A stretch of DNA of 64,000 nucleotides from Bdellovibrionales bacterium (lineage in GTDB: Bacteria > Bdellovibrionota > Bdellovibrionia > Bdellovibrionales > UBA1609). Every line of letters begins with the position of its first letter. The stretch's first letter is position 1. Below, piece by piece: positions 1 to 9,262 of the stretch. Both the position numbers and the translations under genes were made by a program. Where the stretch lies: NCBI GenBank assembly GCA_965199825.1, contig OZ241329.1, positions 1,312,001 through 1,376,000 on the forward strand. The letters run 5' to 3'. Below the pieces are notes generated by a model that made no database searches, was not told the DNA's origin, and saw only the letters and a program-made list of their open reading frames with translations.

Positions 1-2
1 GA

Positions 3-1508
3 ATGCACGCCGAAATTAAATGGGATCTCAATCTGATCGCATTTTCTTTTGTGATTGCTCTTGCCGCATCCTTTTGGGCGTTTTTGGTCGCGCGCGAACT
101 GACCACAATCAAAAATCCATTGCGCATTCAAATTGGTGCAAGTGTGTTGCTCGGTATTGGGATCGCCGGAATGCACTATATCGGAATGAAAGCTGCTCAT
201 TTTTATGCGGCCGAAACTTCTTCCTTTAGTGATGGCGGGTATGTGCTCGCAAATTCTCAACTCACCGTGATTGTGGTGGGTGTGACCTTTATGATTTTGA
301 CCCTTGCGCTGAGCGGCTCGACCATCGATCGCATTTTAACAAGGCGATCGATTAGCGAAAAAGTGAATTTGCAAAAAGCCAAGGAGGCCGAAATCGCCAG
401 CGAACTCAAAACCCGCTTTTTAGCCAATATGTCTCACGAGATCAGAACTCCTCTTGGAGCAATCATTGGTTTTACCCAAGTTTTAATTGATGAGCCTTTA
501 AGTGAACAACAACGACAGGCCCATCTTAAAACAGTTCTTCGCAGTGCAAGAGCTTTACTCGCATTACTTGATGATATTTTGGATCTTTCAAAAATTGAGC
601 TCAACAAACTTGAGATCGAAAATCGCGATTTTGAATTGAAAACCTTTTTGGATGAGCTGATGAGCATGTTCAAAGTCAAAACAGATGCGAAAGGTTTAAC
701 CCTTGATCTTCAAGTTGATTCGCTTTTACCAAAACGAATCTTTAGTGATTCGAATCGGCTCAGACAAATTTTGATGAATCTGATCGGCAACGCGGTGAAG
801 TTTACCGAATACGGTGGGATCAAGGTGAGAGTAAAAAGAGACGGCAGCGATTACCTTTCTTTCGAAATCGAAGATAGTGGCATCGGGCTCACCGCTGAAC
901 AGACTTCGCGTTTATTTCAACCCTTTACTCAGGCCGATAATTCGACAAGCCGAGTGCATGGGGGCACGGGGCTTGGGCTTGATATCGCAAAAAGAATGGC
1001 CGAGATGCTCGGGGGAACAGTGGTAATTTTAAAAAGCGAAAAAGGTAAAGGCACCACCTTTATTGCAACTATCCAATTGGTTAAAGCAAGAGTCGAAGAG
1101 GTGGCAAAGACATCATTAATTTCAACGTTCTCATCTGGAGAACTTAAAACTCTGAATATTCTCGTGGTTGATGACAATGAAGATAATCAGGCCTTGATCA
1201 GTCTTATCCTCAAGTCCAAAGGGGCAACCGTTGCCTTGGCGAGTGATGGAAGCCAAGGTGTAGAAAAAGCCGAGAAAACGGGCTTTGATGTGATCTTGAT
1301 GGATATCCAAATGCCAGTGATGAATGGTTACCGAGCCATCGAGCTCTTAAGAGCTAAAATGATCACCAGCCCCATTATTGCTCTTACGGCTAACGCCTAC
1401 AAAGACGAGCGGGACAGGTGCTTTAAGAGTGGCTGTGATGCTTACATCACGAAGCCAATTGATGTAGCAGAACTTGTGGCCACAATCCAACAGCTGGTCC
1501 GAGTTTAA
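3..1508 (+). CDS. MHYT-domain hybrid sensor histidine kinase/response regulator (5' end probably outside the window)
   Basis: GIAGMHYIGM (MHYT repeat), H-box [14 protein letters not shown]-box NLIGNAVKFT, G-boxes DSGIG and GGTGLGL, C-terminal receiver (VVDD, ILMDIQMP, KP). Confidence 0.93.
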   Translation: MHAEIKWDLNLIAFSFVIALAASFWAFLVARELTTIKNPLRIQIGASVLLGIGIAGMHYIGMKAAHFYAAETSSFSDGGYVLANSQLTVIVVGVTFMILTLALSGSTIDRILTRRSISEKVNLQKAKEAEIASELKTRFLANMSHEIRTPLGAIIGFTQVLIDEPLSEQQRQAHLKTVLRSARALLALLDDILDLSKIELNKLEIENRDFELKTFLDELMSMFKVKTDAKGLTLDLQVDSLLPKRIFSDSNRLRQILMNLIGNAVKFTEYGGIKVRVKRDGSDYLSFEIEDSGIGLTAEQTSRLFQPFTQADNSTSRVHGGTGLGLDIAKRMAEMLGGTVVILKSEKGKGTTFIATIQLVKARVEEVAKTSLISTFSSGELKTLNILVVDDNEDNQALISLILKSKGATVALASDGSQGVEKAEKTGFDVILMDIQMPVMNGYRAIELLRAKMITSPIIALTANAYKDERDRCFKSGCDAYITKPIDVAELVATIQQLVRV

Positions 1509-1525
1509 TACCTTCGTTCATATTT
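1488..1525 (+). repeat. Direct repeat copy 1 (last 7 codons of the kinase gene, stop included, plus spacer); copy 2 at 3421-3458
   Basis: caacagctggtccgagtttaataccttcgttcatattt vs caacagctggtccgagtttagtaccttcgttcatattt: 37/38 identical, with weaker similarity continuing to the next start codon. Confidence 0.9.
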
Positions 1526-1587
1526 ACCTTTGTACAATATAAAGCTGGGCTGTTTCGAATTTTGGGCGGCTCAGTTATAACACTCTG

Positions 1588-3417
1588 ATGGGCATTGTGT
1601 TTGTTTTGTTTAGTTTTTTGGCGCTGGCCCAGCCCGGTGATCCTTGTATTCAACATCTCACCGAGTATTTTCCACGCACGTGGCGTATTGACCAAAAAAA
1701 AATAGATCAATATTTAGATCAAAATCCTGAAGAATTAAAAACATTTTTGCAATATTCAAAGCTTGCCGAATTCATCGAGGACGCTCGTCACGAAGCATTT
1801 TTTGATTGGTTAGGAACACAATATTATTTAAGCACAGATCAAAAAAATGAAATGGATCTCGATGCCGAAATAAAAAAGTATGTGATTAAAAATAACCCAT
1901 CTTTTTCGCTAAACGAATCAGATCCAGCAAAACTAAATGAAGTGTTTGATAAGACGGTCAACACTCTTTTTAAATTTTTAGAGCAAAACGGACTTGGAAA
2001 TTTTAGGCTGATAACGAAAGGTCCTTTTTTAGAAATTTTTAAAAAGTACGATTTGGATATTTATAATTTTGTTTTAGATAAAAAAATACCTCCGTCGTCA
2101 CTTCGAACTTTTCTGACCCTGACCCAACTTTTGTATGCCGAAGATCCTGAAATTCATTCTTCAACTGAAGAGTTGGAAGGCCTCTATGAACCTTTTTTTT
2201 CACTGCTGGGTGAATCGAAATTTGAATCCAAACAGCCATTGCCAAAAATTGATTTTGGTTACAACAAAGAAACGCTAGATAAAATTTGGCTCTTTCTTAA
2301 ATCCTCGAATTACCCTCTTCCGGAATATTCAACATTACTCAAACACTCTGAGGTCGTGCAGGTACAGGCTGTGGCAAAGATCACTCACCACTCCAAGCAG
2401 AAGTTGACTGAGAATGAAGAATCGGAAGTTTTGGAGATTTACAGAAATCAGATTTTAGGGACTGAGCCTGTTATTCCTTTTAAATTTAAGAACCTCATCG
2501 CTGATCTTGAAGATGATGATATTGTGCTCAAGATCAGTGATTCAAAAAAATCAATAGCAGCTTCAAAAAATATGAGCGAAAAAATTCGCCTCGGGGCAAT
2601 TCAAGCCACCTACCTCGCCCGTGCATCTTATGGACTTATGACCGATAAAAGTATCAACTCGGAGGTGGCTCCCAATGAATCGGTCACATCTTATCGGCTT
2701 TTTTCGAATTTCGTACTTGCATCCTTTCGTGAGATTTCAATTGATCAAGGGCTTGAACCGATGATTCGCAAAGCTTTTGTAAAAGTATTCTTGGACAAAT
2801 CGATTCTCTCAAGCGCGAGTTACCGGGCGATGATGCGGACACGTCTAAAACAAGTCATCGCATTAAAAATAAACACAAGTGCTCAACATGTCCACGCTGA
2901 GAGCAAGCCAACGACACCGCAACCTCAGCCGAGGGTTGGTCCTACGCGCGAAGAGCGCATCGCAAATTATGTGAAAATCGAAAAAGAGCCTGCAGAAGAA
3001 CCGGCAGTCGAGCCACGAAACCAAACCGATGAGACTGAATCAAAATCGGATTTTCTTTCGCAGCTGTTGGATGAGCCCCAAGATTTGGCAACCGATCGCC
3101 GACGTTTATTAGAGCTCATCAAGCCCGACAAGATTATCCCGATTACGTTGAAACGGTTTGGGTTTGTCTATCAGGTTGTGTTCTCAAAACGGGCGCTTGA
3201 GGAATTGGCGTCACCACGTGCTCAATTTCCACAAGATTTTCGGCCCTGGCTCAAAGCCATGAGTATGGGTCCTGCTCGCGGTCAAGGTCAAAACGGATGG
3301 AAAAGGATCAGTGGACATGAATGGAAAATTAAAATTTTGACTTCACCCTATCGGCTCTACAGCTATCGAGACAAAAAGCGAATATGGCACTTTACTCAAT
3401 TTCAGTTGGATCACTAA
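1588..3417 (+). CDS. Secreted protein, paralogue 1, with a putative C-terminal RelE-like endoribonuclease domain (3157-3414)
   Basis: Signal peptide MGIVFVLFSFLALA|QP; Pro/Glu-rich linker; C-terminus YQVVFSKRALEEL...WKRISGHEWKIKILTSPYRL...DH resembles E. coli RelE. The CDS is secure; the domain call is from manual alignment. Confidence 0.8.
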   Translation: MGIVFVLFSFLALAQPGDPCIQHLTEYFPRTWRIDQKKIDQYLDQNPEELKTFLQYSKLAEFIEDARHEAFFDWLGTQYYLSTDQKNEMDLDAEIKKYVIKNNPSFSLNESDPAKLNEVFDKTVNTLFKFLEQNGLGNFRLITKGPFLEIFKKYDLDIYNFVLDKKIPPSSLRTFLTLTQLLYAEDPEIHSSTEELEGLYEPFFSLLGESKFESKQPLPKIDFGYNKETLDKIWLFLKSSNYPLPEYSTLLKHSEVVQVQAVAKITHHSKQKLTENEESEVLEIYRNQILGTEPVIPFKFKNLIADLEDDDIVLKISDSKKSIAASKNMSEKIRLGAIQATYLARASYGLMTDKSINSEVAPNESVTSYRLFSNFVLASFREISIDQGLEPMIRKAFVKVFLDKSILSSASYRAMMRTRLKQVIALKINTSAQHVHAESKPTTPQPQPRVGPTREERIANYVKIEKEPAEEPAVEPRNQTDETESKSDFLSQLLDEPQDLATDRRRLLELIKPDKIIPITLKRFGFVYQVVFSKRALEELASPRAQFPQDFRPWLKAMSMGPARGQGQNGWKRISGHEWKIKILTSPYRLYSYRDKKRIWHFTQFQLDH

Positions 3418-3420
3418 CTT

Positions 3421-3458
3421 CAACAGCTGGTCCGAGTTTAGTACCTTCGTTCATATTT
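3421..3458 (+). repeat. Direct repeat copy 2 (tandem-duplication junction)
   Basis: 37/38 identical to 1488-1525. Confidence 0.9.
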
Positions 3459-3512
3459 GTACAATTGAGAGCCTCAACTGTTTTGAAAACAATCCGGCTC
3501 GGTTATAGCTTC

Positions 3513-5348
3513 ATGATGAGCTTCATTTTTATTTTGTTTAGTTTCTTTGCTTTTGCCCAGCCGATCGACTCTTGTACCCAAGATCTTACCGATCATTTTC
3601 CAAGAACCTGGCGTATTGATCAAAAACAAGTCGATCTCTTTTTGGCTGAGCGTCCTGAAGAAACGAATTCATTCTTACAATATTCTCAACTGGCCCAATT
3701 TGTTGAGGACGAAAAACATGAGGCGTTTTTTGAATGGCTCGGCGTCCAACATTTTTTGAGTGCGGCTCAAACAGAAGAAATTAATCTGGATCAAAAGATC
3801 AAAACATTTCTTAGCCAAAGAAATATTCCGATCTCAGAGGATCCATCAGTTTTACGACAATCGGTCATGAATGCGGTGAATGAGGACATAGAAGGCTTTA
3901 GGCAAGTTGGCCTTGAAAATTTTAAGCACTTATTTGATGGACCGTTCGAAAGAGTCTTAAAAAATTACGATCTAGATGTTTATAATTTTGTTTTTGGTAA
4001 GCCCGTTCCCCAGTCTTCACTGCGAGCCTTTCTTACAGTTCTTAGTTTATTAAAAGCGAATGATCCCGAGATTCATGCTTCAACAGAGGATCTTGATGGC
4101 AATTATGAACTGTTCTTTTCGTTGCTCGACGAGGCTAAATTTGAAAAGCCACGGCCTTTTCCGGCCCTTGATTTTAAATATGATCAGGCAATGCTCAATA
4201 AACTGCGTCTTTTTTTAAAGACTCAGGGGTATGAGCTTCCCGAATATTCGACACTCATGAAACATTCTCGCTACGTTCAAGTGGATGCAATCACAAAAAT
4301 CACATCTCAATCTCATGAATTTTTTAATGAGAGGGAATACGATCAAATCACCGAGATTTACAAAAATATTGTTTTAAGAAATCCAACTTTTGTTCCTCAA
4401 AAGTTTAAATATCTCATCAACGAATTGATTGATGAAAAAAATCAGTTTGTTGTTAAGTATGGTCTTCCAAAAAAATCGCTCTCGAATCCAAAAAAAATTA
4501 GAGAACTGAGCGAAAATTTTCGGCTCTCTACACTTCGCTCGATCTATCTCGCTCGGCTTTTCGAAGGTTTTTTTACCGATGAAAATGGCTCCGAAATTCC
4601 CCATGATAAACTGATCACAACCGAGCGACTGTTTGGGATTCTTTTGGCATCGGCTCCTGAGGAGATTTCGGTAGATCAAGGGCTTGATCCGCTTGTTCGT
4701 AAAGCCTTTGTAAAAGTATTTTTAGAAAAGCCAATTCTTTCGAGCAATGATTACCGAACGATGCTGCGTACCCGGTTGAAACAAATCATCGCTTCAAAAT
4801 TAGCTACGGTTACAAAATCCTTTAAGCTTGATAAAGACCAGAAGGTTGCGCCATCGCAACAGAATCTGGGGCCGACCCGCGAAGAGCGCAAAGCGAACTA
4901 TGTGAAGATCGAAAAGACACCTTTGCAAATAGCAGAAGTCGCTGCAGCTCGAAAAATAGTGGAGATGGAATCAAATTCAGATTTTCTTTCTGAGCTTTTA
5001 GATCATCCTCAAGATTTGGCAACTGATCGCGAACGTTTGCTTAAAATGATTCGGCCAGGTGAGATTATCCCCATTACCCTTAAACGATTTGGGTTTGTTT
5101 ACAATGTCACATTTTCAAAGCGGGCGCTCGAAGAGTTGACCTCTCCCAGTGCACAGCTGCCACAGGATTTTAGACCTTGGCTCAAAGCGATGAGCATGGG
5201 GCCTGCGCGCGGTCGGGGTCAAAATGGCTGGAAGAGGGTCAGAGGACATGAGTGGAAAATCAAGATACTGACTTCACCATATCGTTTGCATAACTATCGT
5301 GATAACAAACGGGTCTGGCATTTTACTCAGTTTCAACTCAACCATTAA
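3513..5348 (+). CDS. Secreted protein, paralogue 2, with a putative C-terminal RelE-like domain (5088-5345)
   Basis: Start moved from 3384 to the in-frame ATG at 3513 (MMSFIFILFSFFAFA|QP) to match the paralogues; last 86 aa are 73/86 identical to paralogue 1. Confidence 0.8.
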   Translation: MMSFIFILFSFFAFAQPIDSCTQDLTDHFPRTWRIDQKQVDLFLAERPEETNSFLQYSQLAQFVEDEKHEAFFEWLGVQHFLSAAQTEEINLDQKIKTFLSQRNIPISEDPSVLRQSVMNAVNEDIEGFRQVGLENFKHLFDGPFERVLKNYDLDVYNFVFGKPVPQSSLRAFLTVLSLLKANDPEIHASTEDLDGNYELFFSLLDEAKFEKPRPFPALDFKYDQAMLNKLRLFLKTQGYELPEYSTLMKHSRYVQVDAITKITSQSHEFFNEREYDQITEIYKNIVLRNPTFVPQKFKYLINELIDEKNQFVVKYGLPKKSLSNPKKIRELSENFRLSTLRSIYLARLFEGFFTDENGSEIPHDKLITTERLFGILLASAPEEISVDQGLDPLVRKAFVKVFLEKPILSSNDYRTMLRTRLKQIIASKLATVTKSFKLDKDQKVAPSQQNLGPTREERKANYVKIEKTPLQIAEVAAARKIVEMESNSDFLSELLDHPQDLATDRERLLKMIRPGEIIPITLKRFGFVYNVTFSKRALEELTSPSAQLPQDFRPWLKAMSMGPARGRGQNGWKRVRGHEWKIKILTSPYRLHNYRDNKRVWHFTQFQLNH

Positions 5349-5353
5349 AAAAG

Positions 5354-7066
5354 ATGATCACACCAATACTCTTCTTTTTATTTAGTTTCTTTGCTTCCGC
5401 TCAACCTGTTGATTCTTGTCTTCAGAGTCTGACCGATTATTTTCCACGCACCTGGCGCATCGATCAAAAACAAGTGGAGCAATACTTAATTCGGCATCCC
5501 GATCAGGCGGCGCTGTTTCAAAAGTATTCTTGGTTTGCATCGTTTATTGAGGCTAAAGAGAATCAATCTTTATTTGATTGGCTTGGAACCCAATATTATT
5601 TAAGCGCTGCGGATCGAATTCAAACTGACAGTAAACAGACTACAGAAAAATATGTGGCGGCAGCAGCGGAGCAGTTAAAGCTCAACTCCGATGAAATCGA
5701 AAAGATGAAGTTGGTCACTCATTCGCAAATCAATTTCGATGTGGATGCAATGGAAGCCCAAGGCCTTCATGGAGTCAGATTCTTTTTTGAAGGCGCTGGA
5801 GTCGAGGTTCTCAAAGCCTATGATTTAGGACCTGAAAATTTTAAACTCCAAACCCGTGTCCCAAAATCTTCGCTGCGGGTTTACCTCACCGTGCAACAAC
5901 TTCTTTATTCGCGAGATCCTTCGGTGCACGCCGCAATGGAAAAATTGACCGAGAATTTTGATTTGTTTTTTTCGCTTCTGGGGCCAGCCGATTTTGAAGA
6001 GGCAAAGCCATTTCCTATTCTCTCAACCGATTATGATCCAAAAAAAGTAAAGCAGATCGAAGTTTTTTTGAAGTCGCGAGGATATATCTTACCGAGCTTT
6101 GTTGACTACACCATACACTCTTCGGCTGCTCGAAACTACGTGGTGAATTTGATCTTAAGATCTTTTAAGCAAAACCTGAGTCGTGAAGAGCTCGACGAGT
6201 TTTTGCTTATTTATAAGAAAAGTGTTTTGGGCGAAGCCCCACCGGTTCCGCCAAAATATCAAGAGATCAATCGGCTGTTGATTGCCGAATACACTCATGC
6301 GGGAACGTTGATCCGCCAACTGATGCCCACAGTAACAAGTCCAAAAAAAGTCAAAGAGCTCTATCAAGATTATTTGATCGATATGATCAATTTTATTCAT
6401 TCGGTACGGATCAACAGTCTTGTTAGAGTTGAAAATGCAACGGTGAGCTCATCAATTTTATTTTATCTTATCGCTCTATCGAACTTTGCCGACTTAACCC
6501 AGGATCGGGGGCTTGAGCCTTTGATTTACAAATCATTTGTGCACTTGGTTTTAAAAAAGCCTTTATTATCTGCCGATGATTATCGCGCGATGCTCAGGCG
6601 AGGCCTCAAGGAAAAAATCTCTGCGATCCTCAAACAGGATGTTGAGCCCAAAAAAGATTTATTGGTTGCGAGCGTTCAACCTCTTGAGCTCCCAAAGTTG
6701 ATGGTGAATGAAAAACGTCAAGCTCCTCCAGCAAAAAAAAATAAACCTGCCGAGACTCAAGAGATCGAAATTCCTGTGGGAATTGTTCCAGAGAAAATTG
6801 AGCCCAATATTCCCATCCAGATCGTGATCAAACCTTTTGGATTTGTGTACCGAGCCTCTTTTTCTGAAGCTGTTGTTTCTGAGCTTTCGACGCCCTGGCG
6901 TGAGGCTCTTGCACGAGGACCGGCGCGGGATCAGAGTCGAGACGGGTGGAAGCAGGTGCGGGATTACGAGTGGCAAATCACTTTGCCCAACTCGCATCAG
7001 CGCTTAGTGGGATACCGAGATCCATCAGGGCTTTGGTATTTTACCCATTTTGTTTTTGATCACTGA
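5354..7066 (+). CDS. Secreted protein, paralogue 3, with a diverged RelE-like C-terminus (6836-7063)
   Basis: Signal MITPILFFLFSFFASA|QP; shares YFPRTWRIDQK, SSLR, FFSLL, FGFVY, GPAR, GWK and the terminal DH with paralogues 1 and 2. Confidence 0.78.
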   Translation: MITPILFFLFSFFASAQPVDSCLQSLTDYFPRTWRIDQKQVEQYLIRHPDQAALFQKYSWFASFIEAKENQSLFDWLGTQYYLSAADRIQTDSKQTTEKYVAAAAEQLKLNSDEIEKMKLVTHSQINFDVDAMEAQGLHGVRFFFEGAGVEVLKAYDLGPENFKLQTRVPKSSLRVYLTVQQLLYSRDPSVHAAMEKLTENFDLFFSLLGPADFEEAKPFPILSTDYDPKKVKQIEVFLKSRGYILPSFVDYTIHSSAARNYVVNLILRSFKQNLSREELDEFLLIYKKSVLGEAPPVPPKYQEINRLLIAEYTHAGTLIRQLMPTVTSPKKVKELYQDYLIDMINFIHSVRINSLVRVENATVSSSILFYLIALSNFADLTQDRGLEPLIYKSFVHLVLKKPLLSADDYRAMLRRGLKEKISAILKQDVEPKKDLLVASVQPLELPKLMVNEKRQAPPAKKNKPAETQEIEIPVGIVPEKIEPNIPIQIVIKPFGFVYRASFSEAVVSELSTPWREALARGPARDQSRDGWKQVRDYEWQITLPNSHQRLVGYRDPSGLWYFTHFVFDH

Positions 7067-7742
7067 TTTTGTAACGCAACCACAACACACCACCTTCGAG
7101 TCGTTTCACCGAAGCCAATTTCATTTTTGTGATCGGCCTTTTGGTATAGCCCTTTTCAACATCAAACAGGGTTGGTGTTTCGGTTGAGCCATCGGCATAG
7201 GGCATAACGAGTTGGCTCAGCTCATCAATCAATTTTGATTTTAAAAAGCTTCCGTTAATGATGCCGCCGCCTTCAAGCAAAAGTCGTTTGATTCCAAAAA
7301 GCGATTTTAATTTTTTCAGTGCGACCGAAAGGTCGATCTCTTTTTTACCCGCAAAAATATAGGACACTTTTTTTTGCTGGAGATGTTCAAGATACGAGTT
7401 CGAAACATTTTCGCTCAAGATCTCGATCACGTGATCTCCTGTAATCGAATTCGAATCCCAGAGGCATTTGCCAGCTCGATCAATCACAATTGCAAAGGAC
7501 TGCGCCTGAAGATCGCCAACGAAATCTCGTTTTATAATTGTGCCCTTGGTCTTGGGCAGTTTTATTTTTGAGCTCGAAAAACCTTGCATTGATGTTCGAC
7601 CAATAATCCAGCCGTCGCCTTTTAATTTTTTATGGCAACTTTCATAAAGGCGATGAATGTTTGTATCTTTTGGCCAAAGGGTCGGCTTAATTTTTCCATC
7701 AACGGTTGTTGTCATATGACAAATAACATAAGGGCGTTTCAT
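7041..7742 (-). CDS. RibD C-terminal / dihydrofolate reductase-like protein
   Basis: MKRPYVICHMTTTVDGKI start, IIGRTS, LLLEGGGIINGSFL..LIDEL, final LWLRY. Confidence 0.9.
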   Translation of the reverse strand: MKRPYVICHMTTTVDGKIKPTLWPKDTNIHRLYESCHKKLKGDGWIIGRTSMQGFSSSKIKLPKTKGTIIKRDFVGDLQAQSFAIVIDRAGKCLWDSNSITGDHVIEILSENVSNSYLEHLQQKKVSYIFAGKKEIDLSVALKKLKSLFGIKRLLLEGGGIINGSFLKSKLIDELSQLVMPYADGSTETPTLFDVEKGYTKRPITKMKLASVKRLEGGVLWLRYKISDQKQNG

Positions 7743-7751
7743 AAAATTCCT

Positions 7752-9245
7752 TTAATGTGAATACTTCTGCAATACCTGATACTGCGGCGCCGTTGGGGAT
7801 TCAATCGAGTAAGCATAATTTCCCCACCAGGGGCCAGCGGCCCAGTAGGTCACTTCAATGCCATGATTCTGCATAAATAAAAGTGCTTTATCAAGACTGA
7901 CATTCCAGTTGAGGTTGTCATTCCCAACTCCGGTTTCACCAAGATGACAAGCAACCCGGTGGGCTTCGCACCATAATGCGAAAGGTCGAATGCGATCAAC
8001 AAGCGTATCAGTGTTCACACCCAATTGAGCTTCATCATTCCAGTTGTAGTGTGTTCCGGAGGAGTCATGATCGGCGTAGGCATGGGCCGAGTAGACAATA
8101 TGATCTGATGGATCTTGCAGAGGAAATGTTGGATTTTGATTATTCCAGTCGGCAGCGTTAGAATAGAAATTTCCCTCAACGTAAATTAGCACCGAGCTGT
8201 CAATCGAGCGAATCGCATTGACCGCATCTTGTGCGGACTCAGCCCAGACAGTTTCTGAAGGCATGGCGTTGGGCTCATTCATTAAATCGTATCCACCAAC
8301 GCCCGCTTGATTTTTGAATTCAGAAGCCAATCTTTTCCAGAGATCGGCAAGATCAGCCGCGGTCACTTGACCTCCGCCGATCACATTGCCCCGATACCTC
8401 GCGTAGTTATGGATATCGAGCAAAACACGCATTGATTTTGAGCTCGCATAATTTAAAATATGACGAATCTGATTTAAATAGATTGTATTTAACTCAGCCT
8501 GAAGCGTGGGTTGAAGTCGTTCCCAACTTAAGGGCAAACGAATTAGGTTAAGATGTGAGCTCTGGTAGGAATCGATTTCGCTGTCGGTGATAAGAGCGTA
8601 GTCAGTGCCTGCTGCTCCCGGGAATTGCGAACCGTATTCCATCCCGCTTGCATTAACACCTAGTTGAAATTGACCCTTGATAAAACCATCAGAAGGGTAG
8701 GGAGTGGGTACGGCACTCGTTGCAGCAACTGCACTCAGCCCGAACTGATTCCAAAAATGCAGGGTGGAAAAGTCGGAGCTAAATGCTGCAAAAATAAAAT
8801 AGTATGTGCCCAAGGCTGCGGATGTTGGAAAAGTGTAGCTCATCGTAAACTGTTGTGTTTCGCCAGTGGTAAAAATTTGGGGTTCAGAGGTTTGACTCAA
8901 AGTGTTTCCATTAGCGTCGCGGACCTCGATTCGGATGACATAATCGCCAGCTTTGATTGCTGTTATTTTTCCGGTAGCTGTCACACTCGAGCCCACACGC
9001 ACTTTTGTGGCTGAGAGCATGTGAGAGGTGAGATTGATATTTGGAGTTGTTGGAGCGTCTTCGGTCCATAAGGAGTAATCATTGGATTGTCTGAGTGTGC
9101 CGGCTTGCGGTGCCGACGAGGACAATCCACTTGTTGCATTTTGAAGCGCATGAAATTGCCCGGAGCTACAGTTATTAAATAAAAAAAGATTTGCGAGGGC
9201 GATCAAAACTAAGGAGATCTTTTTGAATATTTGGAGTCGTTTCAT
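7752..9245 (-). CDS. Glycoside hydrolase family 5 (endoglucanase-like) exported protein/lipoprotein with an N-terminal beta-sandwich module
   Basis: IRLPLSWERLQP, LDIHNY, acid/base LMNEP, nucleophile HLGETG, YWAAGPWW; signal ending LFNNC. Confidence 0.9.
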   Translation of the reverse strand: MKRLQIFKKISLVLIALANLFLFNNCSSGQFHALQNATSGLSSSAPQAGTLRQSNDYSLWTEDAPTTPNINLTSHMLSATKVRVGSSVTATGKITAIKAGDYVIRIEVRDANGNTLSQTSEPQIFTTGETQQFTMSYTFPTSAALGTYYFIFAAFSSDFSTLHFWNQFGLSAVAATSAVPTPYPSDGFIKGQFQLGVNASGMEYGSQFPGAAGTDYALITDSEIDSYQSSHLNLIRLPLSWERLQPTLQAELNTIYLNQIRHILNYASSKSMRVLLDIHNYARYRGNVIGGGQVTAADLADLWKRLASEFKNQAGVGGYDLMNEPNAMPSETVWAESAQDAVNAIRSIDSSVLIYVEGNFYSNAADWNNQNPTFPLQDPSDHIVYSAHAYADHDSSGTHYNWNDEAQLGVNTDTLVDRIRPFALWCEAHRVACHLGETGVGNDNLNWNVSLDKALLFMQNHGIEVTYWAAGPWWGNYAYSIESPTAPQYQVLQKYSH

Positions 9246-9262
9246 TTTAAAACCTTTAGTCT

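Noticed and set aside
3384..3512. 43-codon N-terminal extension of paralogue 2 in the ORF track
   Set aside because: It overlaps paralogue 1 and the duplicated spacer; the ATG at 3513 gives a signal peptide matching the other paralogues
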